Shown one piece after another: positions 49,515-51,321 of a stretch of 51,321 nucleotides of DNA. The notes beneath the pieces were generated by a model, which worked only from the letters and a program-made list of their open reading frames with translations, was not told where the DNA came from and searched no databases. This DNA comes from Vermamoeba vermiformis (lineage: Eukaryota), in contig JBEWZL010000054.1 of the NCBI GenBank assembly GCA_045837725.1, positions 1 through 51,321 of the forward strand, read 5' to 3'. The translations under genes were made by a program, and so were the position numbers. Numbering within the stretch: the first letter of the stretch is position 1; each line of letters begins with the position of its first letter.

Positions 49515-49646
49515 TCTGTTGTTGATCTTCTAAAACTGTAGCTACTTCTTTATTATGGACGAGTAGCAATGCGATCTATTACGGACAAGACAATATGGCA
49601 TGCCATTGTGAGGATAGCGGAATATCTCCTATGGTGTCACACATTT
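49515..49646 (+). ncRNA. Candidate box H/ACA snoRNA
   Basis: ~132 nt: hairpin, ACAAGA (ANANNA, 49585-49590), hairpin, ACA (49641-49643), TTT. Folded by eye only. Confidence 0.35.
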
Positions 49647-49731
49647 GTGCTGACGTTGTCAACCAAGTGACGAAAATCGAAATCTATTTTGACATTTTGT
49701 ATTGTGATTGAATAGTAATAGATCCACAACA

Positions 49732-50958
49732 ATGCCAGGAGAATCGTTACAAAGACGGAATAGAAGTCAAGCTATTTTATTGATAGCAGGCGTAATTGTC
49801 TTCGTCATAATGTGGGCTGCATTTTCTGCTGAAAACGACTTTGGTAGGCATAGAATTTGATGATATTAAAATAACTGAATTAATATTTATTTTCAGACCG
49901 CAATCTCCCGACTTTAGAGGTAAACATTGGAACAGAATAATAGCGTAACAAGGCTAATGAAATAAACAGACAGGCCAAAAAACGTTATATTCTCCTCAGA
50001 AATTAAACCCCGATGGAAGCTTTAAAGCTTTAGAAGGAAACACGATTATTACTTTCTTCGATCCGAAGAAAAATCCGGTTTGGCAAGATGCGCTCGTCAA
50101 AAGTCAGCAGATCGTGAAAGAAAGCAGAATCAGCGATTGCTTTTCTATACTACCGCCCTCAAGCTTCCATATTACTGCATTCGATTTGTTTACTGAAGTA
50201 CAGAAAAGACCGGATTACGTAGTAAGTTCAAGTCATCGTTTTTGACACTTATCGCGAAGAATATTCATAAACTTCTAATTCAGGCAAATGTGCCGTTTTC
50301 GAAAGTTGAAGAGGAAATGATCAACAGGTTAAGGTAAGTTCCACGCTGTTTGAATTGCATGTTAATTTGTCTTAAACTGGAATGTGATCTAGGCCTGTGT
50401 TCAAGCGCGAAAATGAAAATCCATCAATGTACGAGTTCACGTTCAAAAATGTCACGTTTGGACCGCCGAGAAAGACCTTCGTCATTGAAGTTGAATGTAC
50501 TGAACGAGAAAAGTTGCTCCGCTGGCGTGAAGGTGAGACGAACTACTAAATATTAGCACATATCCGAACTAATAATTAAGCTTCATTTAACTAGAGATTA
50601 CTGCGCTGACAGATTTGCACCTCCAACCTGCGAAATTTCATTTGACACTTGCGTACCAGCGGTACAAAGTACCTGACGAGCTCGAGGCTGAACGCGTACG
50701 AATTTGGCATCGATTGATGGAGTAAGGACTTGCATGTATTGTTAGACCTATCATTAATATCGATGCTTAAGGTTGTGGCAAGATGTCATTAAGAAGGAAC
50801 CAATCGTTCGTCCCAGCAGACCAAGGCTGACATTTTTTAGGTGAGAACTTAGCCATTTGCGATTGTGTAGAACTAATGCTCTTTGGATGCACAGGGATAT
50901 GACTCACTTTGGTTTAACTCCGCTGTATGAAGAGAACAAGGAGCTACTCGACTACTGA
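49732..50958 (+). CDS. DUF1868-type 2H phosphoesterase with N-terminal signal anchor (8 exons)
   Basis: KLNPDGSFKALEGNTII, LPPSSFHITAFDL, FHLTLAY (two HxT motifs), F.DMTHF; TM AILLIAGVIVFVIMWAAF. Confidence 0.85.
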
Positions 50959-51321
50959 TCTTATCAAACAGCCTTTGATATATGATAATAAAGCAAATGA
51001 TTGTCAATATTATTAGATTAACTTATTGATTATTTGATAAATGGTCATATCACACTGATTGGCACTTGTTTGGTTTTAATGCGATATCGGTAATGAAAAC
51101 TACTGCAAATATGACATGTCAAATTTGATATTATACAAATGATATGAACAACGGGTTGCACTTCAAATGAGAGCTGTATTGGCAAGTAAATGTCGAATAC
51201 GATAGGTTTCAATGTGAAAGATAGTATTATAAACAGTCTAACCTGAAGTAAAGTGATTAGAGTTGAGTGTGTTTTGCCAGTTTATTTAGCGACGCTGTAA
51301 TTGTCCTCCAAATCGCCATTA

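Noticed and set aside
1-51321. CRISPR arrays, tRNA/rRNA/snRNA genes, transposons, recoded stops or SECIS elements
   Set aside because: None recognised. The apparent in-frame stops I examined are explained by GT-AG introns under the standard code.

Overview
This is eukaryotic nuclear DNA, not prokaryotic. It is gene-dense, moderately AT-rich, uses the standard code and has many short GT-AG introns, so most entries in the ORF track are exon fragments. I joined the gene models by hand at GT/AG boundaries and checked phase where stated. The Sib-like adhesin and expanded S53 peptidases suggest an amoebozoan-type protist (inference). About 23 genes are visible: a CH-domain actin binder, a small heat-shock protein, a polyamine N-acetyltransferase, three S53/TPP1 peptidases, two F-box-like ankyrin proteins, PCMT, a ubiquitin-like-domain protein, a ~2200 aa Sib/integrin-beta-like adhesin, an AlkB dioxygenase, three LRR/F-box genes, an UNC-93-like MFS protein, DUF1152, a UIM-UBX protein, coatomer delta and a DUF1868 2H phosphoesterase. 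The most unusual item is a 7-exon gene (17644-15140) that appears to fuse a ribbon-helix-helix-like/NLS N-terminus to a PsbP/Mog1/DcrB-like C-terminus. Other candidates are intron-containing genes from mainly prokaryotic or viral families, H/ACA-like structured RNAs, gene-conversion tracts, and recurring GATC-core motifs in introns. All family calls come from motif recognition by eye, not from database searches.
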